Shown here: positions 11,998 to 24,278 of the stretch, piece by piece
How positions within the stretch are numbered: position 1 is the stretch's first letter
Layout: each line of letters opens with the position of its first letter
Origin: Eledone cirrhosa
Taxonomy: Eukaryota
Direction of reading: 5' to 3'
DNA: 64,000 nucleotides
Assembly: GCA_964016885.1 (NCBI GenBank)
Contig: OZ024742.1
Coordinates: 184,078,001 to 184,142,000 of the forward strand
Notes under the pieces: generated by a model
Database searches by the model: none
Seen by the model: only the letters and a program-made list of their open reading frames with translations
What the model was told of the DNA's origin: nothing
Made by a program: the position numbers and the translations under genes

Positions 11998-12071
11998 CAG
12001 ATTGACTTTTTTAGTTTCAGAAGATCCCGTTAAGGGTGAAAGCAGCGATTCTTTGCTTAAACTTTAATCTG
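11998..12071 (+). ncRNA. Full type I hammerhead fold, A4 core variant (copy at 24213-24286)
   Basis: CAGATTGA..AGTTT-CAGAAGA-T-CCC-GTTAA-GGG-T-GAAA-GCAG-cgattct-TTGC-TT-AAACT-TTAATCTG. Confidence 0.7.
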
Positions 12072-13420
12072 CACCCCCGCTCCTATCGGCTACTCCCACA
12101 CAATCCCAGCGTGCGTCTAAGATGCCATTCCAATCCCCCGCTAACAGTACAGGGCGAGACGTACCCAGAAAGGTCTCCAGGCGCCTAAAGAAGTTCGGTC
12201 GTCTGGCCCTTGTAGGGGCGTAGACGGCCAGCAGTCTAAAGGCACCACCTTCGCTACTGTTCACATCCAAGACCACCAACTTACCGTCCGGGTCCCGGAA
12301 GATCGACCTTACCTCGAGATCCAGTCCTTTCCTAAACAGCACTGCCACCCCACCCCCATTCCCGGCCTGCTAACAGATGCGAATATCTGATAGTCGTCGA
12401 ATATAGGGGCTAGTGCGCGCGTGTCGGAAATGTTGGTCTCGCTGACGGCAATCACATCCATTTCCAGCGACCTGAGGTCGTTGAGCAGGTGACCCTGCTT
12501 CCAGAGTGACCCCAGGCCGCGAACATTTAAACTTCCTATTCTTAATATGGCCATGTTGGTAAGCTAAGAGAGAGAGGGAAGGTTTACTTACCTCCCGGGG
12601 GTCTTGTGAAGGTCGGGTGATTCGACCTCCATGGTTGGTGGGGTTTCTTTTGGGAACCCCTTTAAAAGTCTCGATGTGGGTTTCACATTTGGGGTTCCCA
12701 CGTCTTGAGGAAAGCTCTCTCGAATTTCTTTGAAGGAATTGAGTGACATTCGGACCAGAAGCAAATCTTCTGGCACGAAAAATGTGCTCATTTCAAAAAT
12801 CTCCCCCTCTGTTTGAATGTCCTCGCTTCGTGCTAAAAGGGCCATCAGTTTATCGTTGGCCCTTCTGACAAGCACGAAGTTTTTAACATTTTGTTGGTGT
12901 GGTTTTATTTGTTTTCGTTTTGGTGACTGTGGTGGTGATGGATTTGGTGGTGTTGTTTCGGGTATGTCTGTGTTTGTTGTAGGTGTGGTGTCTGCAATTT
13001 CAGGTATTTGTATGTTTATTTGTACTTGTGTTTGTTTAGGTTGTTTGCGTTTCGGGGATTGTGGGGGGGGGGGGTGTCGATGTTACTGTTGGTGCTGATG
13101 TTATTGGGGAAGTGTTTGCGTTAGTGGTGTCTGTATTTTTTGTTGTGTATGTTTTTGTGTTTTGTTGGGGCTTGTTTTTGGTGAGTTTTCTCTGTTTTTT
13201 TTTGCACTTTTGGGTTTTCCTTCATCTTCGCTGCTGGAAGACAAAGGGTCTGTGGCTGTGAGTGTCTCTGCGTCTGTGTGTGCGTTTATTGTTTTGTCTA
13301 TGTGTATAATTGGGGGGATAGGGGGAGTGGGAGAGCTTTCCTCGTTTTCTCCTTGGATTGGTTTTGGTCTTGGTGGTGATCCGGCTGTTTTTGATGTTGG
13401 TGTCCGTGTCTTTGTTGGTA
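12064..13420 (-). mobile_element. Tx1/L1-like LINE fragment: ORF1 C-terminus + AP-endonuclease N-terminus
   Basis: MAILRIGSLNVRGL..AVSET..LAVYAP..LLAGDWN (frameshifted). Upstream basic, Thr/Lys-rich ORF1 remnant. Confidence 0.8.
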
Positions 13421-13752
13421 ATAATAATTGTTTCTACTTTTGGCACAAGGCCAGCAATTACCCAATGCATTACTGGTAATTTATTTTATCAACCCCGTAA
13501 GGATGAAAGGCAAAGTTAACCTCAGCGGGATTTGAACTCAGAATGGCAATGGCCGTAACTCTATGCGTCGAAGCATGGCGTCCGACCTTCTGCCGATACT
13601 GCCAATCCACCGCCCCTTTGTTGGTAATAATAATGATAATTGTTTCTACTTTAGGCACAAGGCCAGCAATTACCCAGTGCATTACTGGTACTTTATTTTA
13701 TCGACCCCGTAAGGATGAAAGGCAAAGTAAACCTCGGCGGGATTTGAACTCA
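13421..13752 (-). mobile_element. tRNA-derived SINE (full 13421-13614, partial 13636-13752)
   Basis: A box TGGCAGAATCGG-like (tggcagtatcgg), B box GAGTTCAAATCCC, central GCCTTTCATCCTTACGGGGTCGATAAA..AAGTACCAG, (ATT)n tail. Confidence 0.85.
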
Positions 13753-14203
13753 ATAATAATAATAATAATAATACTATCACCACCATTGCCACTACCACCA
13801 CCATTATCATTACCACCATCATAGAATATCTAAAAAGAGAGAATGTGGTAAAGATATATACAGAAAGGAGAAGCGTAAAATAAAGAGTGAGACAGATCGA
13901 TATATAAAGAGAGGTATTCCGACAGTTGTGGATTCTAATGATAGTCTATATTGGTGATATTGAAGTTATCTCGTAACAATTACATTTTTTGATAACTAAA
14001 CCCTAAAACATTCTCCTTGGGACACAGATTTCGAAAATTAAAACCGTTTTTCTCTAAGATGCAGAGTTTCGGTGCCTTTGGGAGACATACATATATACGC
14101 ACATACACTTTCATTTATAGTATATATATATATATACGTTATTCCGGGTTCAATCGGAGGTAACCACAGTAAGTAAGGTACTCAATACATTGCAGAGTAT
14201 AAA

Positions 14204-14336
14204 AGTTTTAATATAGATGAGATTCTACAGGACTAGAACTGTTTCATTCTTTAGAAATCATCAGGAATCAGATTCCTGATGATTTCTAAAGAATGAAACA
14301 GTTCTAGTCCTGTAGAATCTCATCTATATTAAAACT
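14204..14336. repeat. Perfect 66-bp-arm palindrome (copy at 26419-26551)
   Basis: 14204-14269 is the exact reverse complement of 14271-14336, with a 1-nt spacer. Confidence 0.95.
14270..14320 (+). ncRNA. Type I hammerhead ribozyme (mirror copy on minus strand, 14221-14269)
   Basis: AGATTC-CTGATGA-T-TTC-TAAA-GAA-T-GAAA-CAG-TTCTAGTC-CTG-TA-GAATCT. Confidence 0.85.
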
Positions 14337-14407
14337 ATATATATATATATAGAGAGAGACAGATAGATATATCTACCTATTGGTCGGCTCTCCAAGACAC
14401 ACACACA

Positions 14408-14489
<82 letters not shown>

Positions 14490-15411
14490 ATGGATGAGTA
14501 CCGAGCACTAAAAACAGGAAATTACCAACTGCCACCAGAGACTTCCACATCAATATTCATATTGACTCTAATTTAGACAAAATAAAGAGATATGTTTCTT
14601 TATTAGCCACAGGGGCACAAAAGAAGGGGACAAATACAAAGGGGGAAGTTTACATACAATAAAAACGTGTAAAATTATTTCAAATTATTTTGGAAATAAC
14701 CAAGAATCCGGAAGTATTTACCTAGCAACATGATTAATTTTCTCATTAAGCTGGATTTTTTTTTAACATAAGAGCTCTTATATAAAATTATGATGGAAGG
14801 TTTTTTAAAATATATTCCTTAAAACCAAAAGCTTTGTATCATAGCGTGAATGTCAGTTTCGTGTAGTTTAGTATGAAAAGGGCTAAAGGCCCATGACATG
14901 TGTGGGTGGACACATTCATTAAAAATAATTTTTGTGAACACAATCGGTATATTTACTTGCGTGAGAGAAATAACATAATGATTCCTTTATTGGACAGGGA
15001 GGGGGATACCGTAATAAGAATGAGGAAAGAATCTCTCATTAACTATTTAATTAATGAGTTTCACAGCAGACATGTTTGTTAAATGAAGAAAGTTCGCTAC
15101 ATAACTAGAGGAGTCTGGATATGGTGGTACAGCACAGCATCAGGGCCAAATATGTTCTACCGTAGTTTCGAGTAGTCCTCGTGAGAGAAACTGAGTAAAT
15201 GGCAACTATGTAAAAGATCGTTAGATGGACTATACATGTATTTGAAGGGGCAGCCTTGTCACAATATGTCACGCTAATTCTTCTTAAAAACTACCTCATG
15301 GGTACACGTCTCTATGGAATATTCATACAAGTTGATCGAACAAGTGGACTCAAATGCATTGTTCTTAAAGGAAGTCTATCATCGTTATATGTATATATAT
15401 ATATATTAAGG

Positions 15412-15603
15412 ATAACTGTTTCTACTTTAGGCACAAGGCCAGCAAATTACCCAGTGCATTACTGGTACTTTATTTTATCGACCCCGTAAGGATGAAAGGC
15501 AAAGTCAACCTCGGCGGGATTTGAACTCAGATCGTAAAGGGACGTAACTATGCTGGAAAACATGGCATCCGACCCTCTACCGATACTGCCAATCTACCGC
15601 CCT
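15412..15603 (-). mobile_element. tRNA-derived SINE, same family as 13421 (copy at ~27629-27820)
   Basis: A/B boxes and the same central domain; tatatattaaggataac present on both sides. Confidence 0.85.
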
Positions 15604-15711
15604 ATATATATATTAAGGATAACGTTAGGGGATTAGTTGTTTTGTTTAATCAATGAACTAAACCTATAAAGGCCACCTCTGAATGAAGTACACTCTCTAT
15701 ATATTAGTTTA

Positions 15712-15878
15712 CCGTATTTCTCGGCGTCGAAGACGCTACTTTATTTCTAAAATAAATTTCAAAAATCTACCATGCGTCCTGGAGGCCGAAGATTGTTTAT
15801 TATTTTTTTCAAAATTTTGATTGTCAAAATTAGGGTGCATCCTCAAGGACAAAGCGTCTTCGACACCGGGAAATATAG
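15712..15878. mobile_element. Tc1/mariner (Tc2-like) MITE
   Basis: TIRs CCGTATTTCTCGGCGTCGAAGACGC / GCGTCTTCGACACCGGGAAATATAG with TA on both sides. Confidence 0.8.
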
Positions 15879-16015
15879 TACTTTAATTGTAATTGCTTTC
15901 CGTTCTTTAACGAAATTCCATTGTAATCTCTCTCCTTCCCTCTCTCTCTCTCTCTCAAATATATATATTTAAATAAATAAATACACACACACACACGCAC
16001 ACACACACACACATA

Positions 16016-16164
<149 letters not shown>

Positions 16165-16219
16165 CCGGCAGTTAGACAATTCATAAGATATATATTATTG
16201 TATCATGCACACAGACCAA

Positions 16220-16326
16220 TATTCTGATGATTTCGTCGGGTACCGATTGTAATTAAAATCGAGTGACGTAGCTTCTGGCGATCAGCGATGTTTAGACTCA
16301 CCGGACTAATGAAACAACTGTTAATA
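16220..16326 (+). ncRNA. Type I hammerhead with ~80-nt stem II (copy at 28441-28547)
   Basis: TATT-CTGATGA-T-TTCGTCGGGT..ACCGGACTAA-T-GAAA-CAACTG-TT-AATA. Confidence 0.7.
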
Positions 16327-16538
16327 CTTTAAATAAACCCTATTGTACAGTCGATCACGTTATTTTTCTCTCATTTACTATATATATATATATAGACGAC
16401 AAGTCTATGATTTCCCGCCTTCACTATACACCAACGTATTTATGGGTCACTTTCACGACCTTTCAGACCTGTATTAGTTGGAGTGAGGTCATATATTTTA
16501 TCGTTCCTGGGGTTTTTAACCCTAGGATAGGAAAATGC

Positions 16539-16616
16539 TTCTCTGATGATCTTTGCTTTTCCATTAATATCCACATGATATCTAATGTTTTGCAACATGA
16601 AACTGTACAGTTAGGG
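16539..16616 (+). ncRNA. Type I hammerhead, extended and degenerate stem II (copy at 28760-28837)
   Basis: TTCT-CTGATGA-TCTTTGC..GCAACAT-GAAA-CTGTACAG-TT-AGGG; 10-nt palindrome ACTGTACAGT. Confidence 0.65.
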
Positions 16617-16731
16617 CCATTTGAATAGGTAAATATTTATATTATAATTTTTAATTTTGATTAATTTTAATTGTATATTAATTTTGATTTATTTTGAAAA
16701 ATTGGTTGAATTTTACTTGTTCTGCTTATCT

Positions 16732-16819
<88 letters not shown>

Positions 16820-16820
16820 A

Positions 16821-17070
16821 TATAAACGATATATAACAGGAGATATATCATTTGAGAAACTAGTATTTTGTACACATGTAAAGAACAAATAATAGGTAAA
16901 TTAAATTACTTCTAGAGGTTAAAATGGCCTATAATCTCATAGTCAGATCTGTATCTGTCTAAGTGATTATAGGCCGTTTTAACATCTAGAAGTATGTATT
17001 TGTTCTATATATATATGTACAAAATACTAATTGTTTCTCAATTGATATATCCTGTTATATATCGTTTATA
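16821..17070. repeat. ~250-bp fold-back / MITE-like element (copy at ~29042-29291)
   Basis: Outer arms tataaacgatatataacagga../..tcctgttatatatcgtttata. Inner hairpin 16908-16994. Confidence 0.7.
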
Positions 17071-17166
17071 CTTATATTAGATGTTCTGAACTGAAGTTTA
17101 CTGAGTTTTCTACTGAGAAACATTATCCGATATATGATTGATTAAACCTAAATTTAGTTTATATAT

Positions 17167-17201
<35 letters not shown>

Positions 17202-17217
17202 CACATACATTCATATA

Positions 17218-17268
<51 letters not shown>

Positions 17269-17282
17269 ATATATATAGATAT

Positions 17283-18036
17283 ATATCTTTTTCGCCTTAA
17301 CTCTCCTGCTCTGAGCCGGTGCTACAGTAAAGCCAGAGTCCTGGTGTTTCTCCAGTGCAAGGCGCATACAATAGTCCACTACGATGATAAAAAGGTAGGG
17401 AGCCAATGTATCTCCCTGGAGCACTCCAGCCAGTATCTCAAAGAACTCTGTCATCCCATCAGGTGTAATGACTTGGGCTTTGGTATTGGTGTAGAGCAGT
17501 GATATCAGGTCCACTCACTTCTTGGGGATTCCATAAGCCTGTAAGATTTTCATTAGGCAGTGACGGTCCACAGAATCAAAGGCCTTCCTAAAATCCGCCT
17601 CTTCATTGCTGTAGCGGAGTCTGTGCTACTGTACGGGTCTGAGACTTGGACACTGACTAAGAAACTCACTCAGATGGTGGATGGGTGCTACACGAGAATG
17701 CTGAGGATGGCTCTGAACATTAATCAGTATACACTGAGGATGAAAAACTCAGAGCTGCATGGGAGCCTCCCAAAAGTCAGCTCAAAAGTAACACAGAGGA
17801 GACTGAGGTTAGCTGGACATGCTCACTGACATCCAGAGTTGACATTGCACTCAGTGCTCCTGTGGGAGCCCCTACATGTACACACTGGAAGAAGAAGACT
17901 AAGGATAACGTATGTTGATGCTCTAAGGACAGACACTGGTCTGTTGGAGACGCAGGACATGGCAGCGATAATGAGGGACAGAAACCGCTGGAGAGAACTC
18001 GTCCATGGATCTCGGGAATGTTACCCGGCCTAGAAA
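17283..18036 (+). mobile_element. RTE-clade LINE 3' fragment with 5' inversion
   Basis: Minus 17283-17592 (FRKAFDSV..VLQGDTLAP..KKI) fused to plus 17590-18033 (KIRLFIAV..LLYGSETW..). Same family as 2150-3651. Confidence 0.85.
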
Positions 18037-18037
18037 T

Positions 18038-18083
<46 letters not shown>

Positions 18084-18145
18084 TATATATATATTTATAT
18101 GTATGTATACATATATATATATATATACATACACACACATACATA

Positions 18146-18226
<81 letters not shown>

Positions 18227-18502
18227 CATATATATACACTCACATACATATATATACATACACACATACAGACACACACACACATACATACGCACACACA
18301 TATATATATATATACACACACACATATATATATGTATATGTGATGCTCAAGCGTAGTAAATAACTGCAGGGACAGTCAGTTGCTATAAAATAGCTTATAA
18401 AAATAGGATAATAGTCCTTAGAGTCGGAAAAAGACGTTATTAGCAACCGCTGATATATATTGCTGAATTTTAGTCTTGCAAACATTATATGAACATATTA
18501 TG

Positions 18503-19074
18503 ATTGGCAGTATCGGTAGAGGGTCGGACGCCATGCTTTCCAGCATAGTTACCTCCCTTTACGATCTGAGTTCAAATCCCGCCGAGGTTGACTTTGCCTT
18601 TCATCCTTACGGGGTCGATAAAATAAAGTACCAGTAATGCACTGGGTAATTGCTGGCCTTGTGCCAAAAGTAGAAACAATTATATTTCGAAAGATTCAAA
18701 TCTCACCGAGGTTAACTTTGCCTTTCATCCTTACGGAGTCGATAAAATAAAGTACCAGTAATACACTGGAATAATTGCTGGCCTTGTGCCTAAAGTAGAA
18801 ACAATTATATTTCGAAAGATTCAAATCTCACCGAGGTTAACTTTGCCTTTCATCCTTACGGAGTCGATAAAATAAAGTACCAGTAATACACTGGGATAAT
18901 TGCTGGCCTTGTGCCAAAAATAGAAACAATTATATTTCGAAAGATTCAAATCTCACCGAGGTTAACTTTGCCTTTCATCCTTACGGAGTCGATAAAATAA
19001 AGTACCAGTAATACACTGGGATAAATGCTGGCCTTGTACCAAAAGTAGAAACAATTATATTTCGAAAGATTCAA
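18503..19074 (+). repeat. SINE followed by three 125-bp tandem copies of its 3' half
   Basis: ttcgaaagattc recurs at 18686, 18811, 18936 and 19061. Confidence 0.9.
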
Positions 19075-19659
19075 GATAGATGTTCGTGCATCATTTTCTA
19101 CCCTAGCATATATATTAACCTGGTCAATGCTAAACCGCTGACCTTGTAAATAATAAATACATATATATATATATATATGTATAAATCAGCAGCGTAACTC
19201 TATTCTGTCCTTTCTACAAACAAGGTTATAAAATATACACGAAATTTACAGTATGGAAGATAGTTATTGATTCTCTGTGTCCTTTAACTTAACTCTCCGT
19301 GTCACGTAGCGAATAAATAAACCATAGAGATATTATTTATTACATGAAAAAGTGGTGGATGGAAATAGTAGAAGTATTAGGAAACTATATAGGTTGCCTT
19401 CTGTGTACTCTTGCTGTTTAAAGTCTTAATCCTTCCTACAATCAATAAAGAAAGCAACAAAAAAATAGCAGTAACTTCATAACTTCGTTATTAAGACTCC
19501 TTTTGTTATTTAGAGAGAAATCGTCACATGAAATGTAATAAAACAAGATGTAATCTCTCTGTGAACTGTGACTGTGACCTGCCTTCTATACCATTTAAAG
19601 CTTTCTCACTTCATTAACTCCGCTAACGCCCAGTAGAGAGCCATTGACGCCAATTATCT

Positions 19660-19734
<75 letters not shown>

Positions 19735-19867
19735 TGCGTGCGTGTATGTGTGTGTGTATGTGTGTGTGTATGTGTGTGGGTGCGTGTGTGTGTGCGCGCG
19801 TGTGTGTGTGTGTGTGTATGCATGTATACACGTGAGAGAGATGTATATATACATATATATATATATA

Positions 19868-19941
<74 letters not shown>

Positions 19942-19984
19942 TATGTATATATTGTATATGTGTATATATGTATGTATATGTATG

Positions 19985-20017
<33 letters not shown>

Positions 20018-20068
20018 GCATATATATATGTGTGTGTGTGCGTGTGTGTGTACATGTATATAAGTGTG

Positions 20069-20102
<34 letters not shown>

Positions 20103-20194
20103 CGTGTGAATGAGAGAGAGAGCAAAATTTCGCACAAACAAAAATATGTATTGTATATATTATGGTTTGTAGGCATGAAATATCATTGCACAAC

Positions 20195-20252
20195 TATAGG
20201 TTTCATGGTTTGACATAAGTCCAATCAATTGTCAACCATATCTTCAGCTATA
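20195..20252 (-). ncRNA. Degenerate hammerhead lacking stem III/cleavage triplet (copy at 32405-32462)
   Basis: Reverse complement: TATAG-CTGAAGA-T-ATGGTTGACA..TGTCAAACCAT-GAAA-C-CTATA. Confidence 0.5.
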
Positions 20253-22159
20253 TGTATATATTCTATTCAATTAAAGAAGGACTTATAGCCCTATTAGAAC
20301 TCAATGTAGTCTTGATATGAATATCCCATCGAAGCAAAGCATAATTTATTTTGTAGAAAAGTGATATCTTATTACATGTTATTGAGTATTCAAAAACTAC
20401 AGGCTCAGATATAAATAGTTCAACATTGAAAACAAATAAGACAAAGTTCAATTGTTTTATGATAGTTTCAAAAAGCTAAATAAACAAGGATATTATCGAT
20501 ATATTGACTAATCGATACTATTATCCTCGACAAATTACATCCATTTAGCCGTTCATCCTCATCGATATGTTGCTGTTCTAACAATACTCTTGTTTATAAT
20601 CCTATATTTCTCCAACTACAATTATTTTCAGTAGTAGCTAACAAAAATTCCCAGCCTGGGGATCCACAAAGGTAGAACTGGGATAATATATTTAAGATAC
20701 ATTCCACTAGATAGCTGTGTCGGATTACGGGGTCGGGTGGCTAAACTGTAGCTAAAGGCTCCAAATTATTTTCCAGCTATAAATGATAAAGTAAAAGCCC
20801 TTATGAAATGTTCAGCCATGGGTCCAAAGAAAGCTCAACCCGTCCAGGCTAGAAGCAGTGGCGGATCAAGTGGTGGGGTGACTAGCTGAAACCAGGAGTT
20901 CTATAATATTGAAAGAGATCCAATTGAAATTTTCACCTAAGGGCCTCAAGCAAGCTTAAACTAACCATGTTAGCCAGCAGTTTACATGAAATGATGAAGT
21001 TAACCTGAAATAAATGTGTGTGTGTGTATGTATGTGTCTATGTACGCATGTACAGGTGTGTATGTGTGTGTAGGTTTGGAGCGTAGGTGTGTGTGTGAGT
21101 GCGTAGGTGTAGTTATGTGCGTGCATAGGTAGGTGCGTTGCGTGTGTATATGTGTCTTAGTATATAAATATGTGAATGTATGTGTGATTGTGCGTATAAG
21201 TATGTGGGAATGTATAAGTGTTGAGTGGGCGTTTATGTATATAAATGTGCGAATGTATAGGTGTGTGTGTGTACGTGCGTCGAAGTATATAGATGTGTGA
21301 ATGTATATGTGTGTGTTAGTTATATGGTCAAACCGTTTGCAACAAATCTGGCAGCACCCCCGCTCACCTCACCTAGCTATCCTGCGAAGGATTTTTGCTA
21401 GAAACCTAACAGGACTAAAACAACACATGTCCAAAAGTACAGATGAATTGCATTAAAGGTACACGTATCAGTGGAATGCTAAGTCACTTGCAAGTTAATT
21501 TCACAAGTGAGCTGTTCTTTTGGTTAAGCAACTGGAACATTCGTCGGCGGAATCGACGAAGGCCCAACAAATGCAGGTATATGAGTGAATAGATGTACAT
21601 ATAGATGTGTGTGTTACATAGTCAAGTCGTTAGAGACATAACTGGCATTCCCCACTTACCAGTGTATCTAAAACCCCTGTAAGACAAAAACAACATCTGT
21701 CCAAAAGGAAGGATGAATCCAGCGTAAAGTCACTGATTATCTAGCAGGGCGGTAGTTTTACAGAATTGTATCGTGACATTTCACATGTCCGATTAATGCG
21801 AGCCTCCCACGCTTTATGATGTCAGAAAGGTGAAGGTGTGATTTATTCGCTATATGTGTTCTCCATGATATGTTCTGGACCTTTCTCAGCATCCGGGTGA
21901 ATGTGCCATTAATCCTCTTTGTAAGTGCTTTTGTTAGTGTTATGACTCACATCTATAGAGGAGAATGGACTCAGCTGCTCCTTTGAGTAGCTTCATTTAA
22001 GAGGATTTTTTTATCGGAGACACCCACACCTTTGATAGGGAGTTCGGAGACCCTCCGCCATGCCTTGCTTATCTTAGTGGCAGATTTCTTTTCTGAAAAC
22101 TTGATGGAGACAAACCACCACGTTGGAGGATGTTCTTGAAGATGACATCGGGTTGGAGG

Positions 22160-22324
22160 CAGGGCCGTCTTAACGCATGGGCACGCTGGGCAGTTGCCCG
22201 GGAGCCCCACGAGGACAGGGGGCCCATTTGTATTTTTATTCCTGTGAGTGGTTGTGTAGGTAGGGCCCCCAGTGCTCTGCTTTGCCCGGGGGGGGGGGGC
22301 TATAATGCTGTTAAGACGGCCCTG
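22160..22324. mobile_element. hAT-type MITE, 165 bp
   Basis: TIRs CAGGGCCGTCTTAAC / GTTAAGACGGCCCTG; perfect 8-bp TSD GTTGGAGG. Confidence 0.92.
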
Positions 22325-22662
22325 GTTGGAGGCAAAGAAAACTCAAACAGTAATGCTAGACAGAGTGAGGTAGAGGAGAAACTTCGCCATGGTACAGGTA
22401 ACAGATGTATAGTAGATTATATATTGTTATTTAACGTGATTGTATTTTCGTTGTTATGGTGGTTTCTGTGGCTTTGTCCCCTTAACCACAATTTTCAATT
22501 TGTCACGCTATTTAACGTATGTTTATTACCCTAAGATGAAACTTATCGATTTATCGATACATTTTATTGAGTGGTTTGTGCAAGCTCCGAATTGTTTTTT
22601 CGTGGATGTTGCCCGACCGCCCCAACTTTGAATTTACTAACTTCTACTATTATATATATTTT

Positions 22663-22702
<40 letters not shown>

Positions 22703-22794
22703 TTTACGATCGACTTTCGTCAAATCGGACTGAGGAAACAATGTTTCCATTCGTCTTTCCAATTGCTAATACTATCTATCGGTCGCAACTCCAG

Positions 22795-22920
22795 GTAGAA
22801 AGAGCAACGTGAAATAAAGTATCTTGCTCAAGGACATAACGCATTGCCCGGTCCGGGAATCGAACTCACAACCTCACGATTGCGAATCCAATTCTCTAAC
22901 CACTCAGCCACACGCCTTCA

Positions 22921-22921
<1 letters not shown>
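22795..22921 (-). mobile_element. Second tRNA-derived SINE family, 5' part (copy at 35005-35131)
   Basis: Reverse complement has A box TGGCTGAGTGGTT, B box GAGTTCGATTCCC, then TGTCCTTGAGCAAG. Confidence 0.8.
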
Positions 22922-23000
<79 letters not shown>

Positions 23001-23109
23001 GTATATATGTATATATATATATATACATATATATATATACATATATACATATATACATATATATCTATATCTATATATATATAGATATACAAATATATAT
23101 ATATATATG

Positions 23110-23147
<38 letters not shown>

Positions 23148-23161
23148 TGTGTATGTATATG

Positions 23162-23298
<137 letters not shown>

Positions 23299-23461
23299 AG
23301 GAGGTGACTTTTATTGTAGCACAATAAAGCAATGCAAATATCAGGTAAGTAGCACTCTACAGTTTGTAGGACTGGAGTATAAATAATATAAGATCAAAAG
23401 ATATGTTGATTTAAAACTTCACTATTCACAAGTGTTTTTTAAGCTTCATATCACGTCTCCC

Positions 23462-23532
23462 TATTTTATCAGATGAGAACGCAGATATCATCCCATGATG
23501 ATATTTGTTTTTGAAATGCGCATAATAAAATA
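23462..23532 (+). ncRNA. Type I hammerhead, A4 core variant (copy at 35672-35742)
   Basis: TATTTTAT-CAGATGA-GAACG-CAGATATCATC-CCAT-GATGATATTTG-TTTTT-GAAA-TGCGCA-TA-ATAAAATA; 8-bp stem I; palindromic ATGCGCAT. Confidence 0.7.
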
Positions 23533-23550
23533 CTTGGAACTCTTATAAAC

Positions 23551-23654
<104 letters not shown>

Positions 23655-23657
23655 TAA

Positions 23658-23731
23658 CAGATTAAAGTTTAAGCAAAGAATTGCTGCTTTCACCCTTAAC
23701 GGGATCTTCTGAAACTAACAAAGTCAATCTG
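23658..23731 (-). ncRNA. A4-variant hammerhead, inverted paralogue of 11998-12071 (copy at 35870-35943)
   Basis: Reverse complement: AGTTT-CAGAAGA-TCCCGTTAAGGGT-GAAA-GCAGCAATTCTTTGC-TT-AAACT. Confidence 0.7.
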
Positions 23732-23771
23732 TAAACGCACAACTGGATTTTAGTCTTCAATTTTATTATTA

Positions 23772-23872
<101 letters not shown>

Positions 23873-24278
23873 TTCCTAAATAGAATTTTAGTCTACGACT
23901 TCAGTTATACCATTTACGTAGTTTTGTCTTTGCGTGTAATTGTTCTCACCGCACCACATAATGACGTATTATTTCCGTTCATTGCCAGAGAACGTCTCCA
24001 TGAACCACCTAATAGAATATTAGTCTACGACTTCATTTATACCATAAACGTGGTTTTGTCTTCGCGTGTAATTGTTTTCACTGTACCAAATAATGACGTA
24101 TTATCTTCGTTTTTTTTCGTTCTTTGCCAGGGAACGTCTCCACAAACCAAACTATCGTCTTCCTCTCTTCCTTCGGTTGTAACGTTTTTTGAAATATTTA
24201 CTTCTGCGTTCACAGATTGACTTTTTTAGTTTCAGAAGATCCCGTTAAGGGTGAAAGCAGCGATTCTTTGCTTAAACT

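Noticed and set aside
18684-19074. CRISPR-like regular repeats
   Set aside because: Units are near-identical SINE fragments with no unique spacers; eukaryotic context and no cas genes.
22729-22760. CTGAGGA as a hammerhead core
   Set aside because: No downstream GAAA/NUH or stem I partner.
22795-22921. tRNA gene
   Set aside because: A/B boxes continue into a SINE body; no clean cloverleaf.
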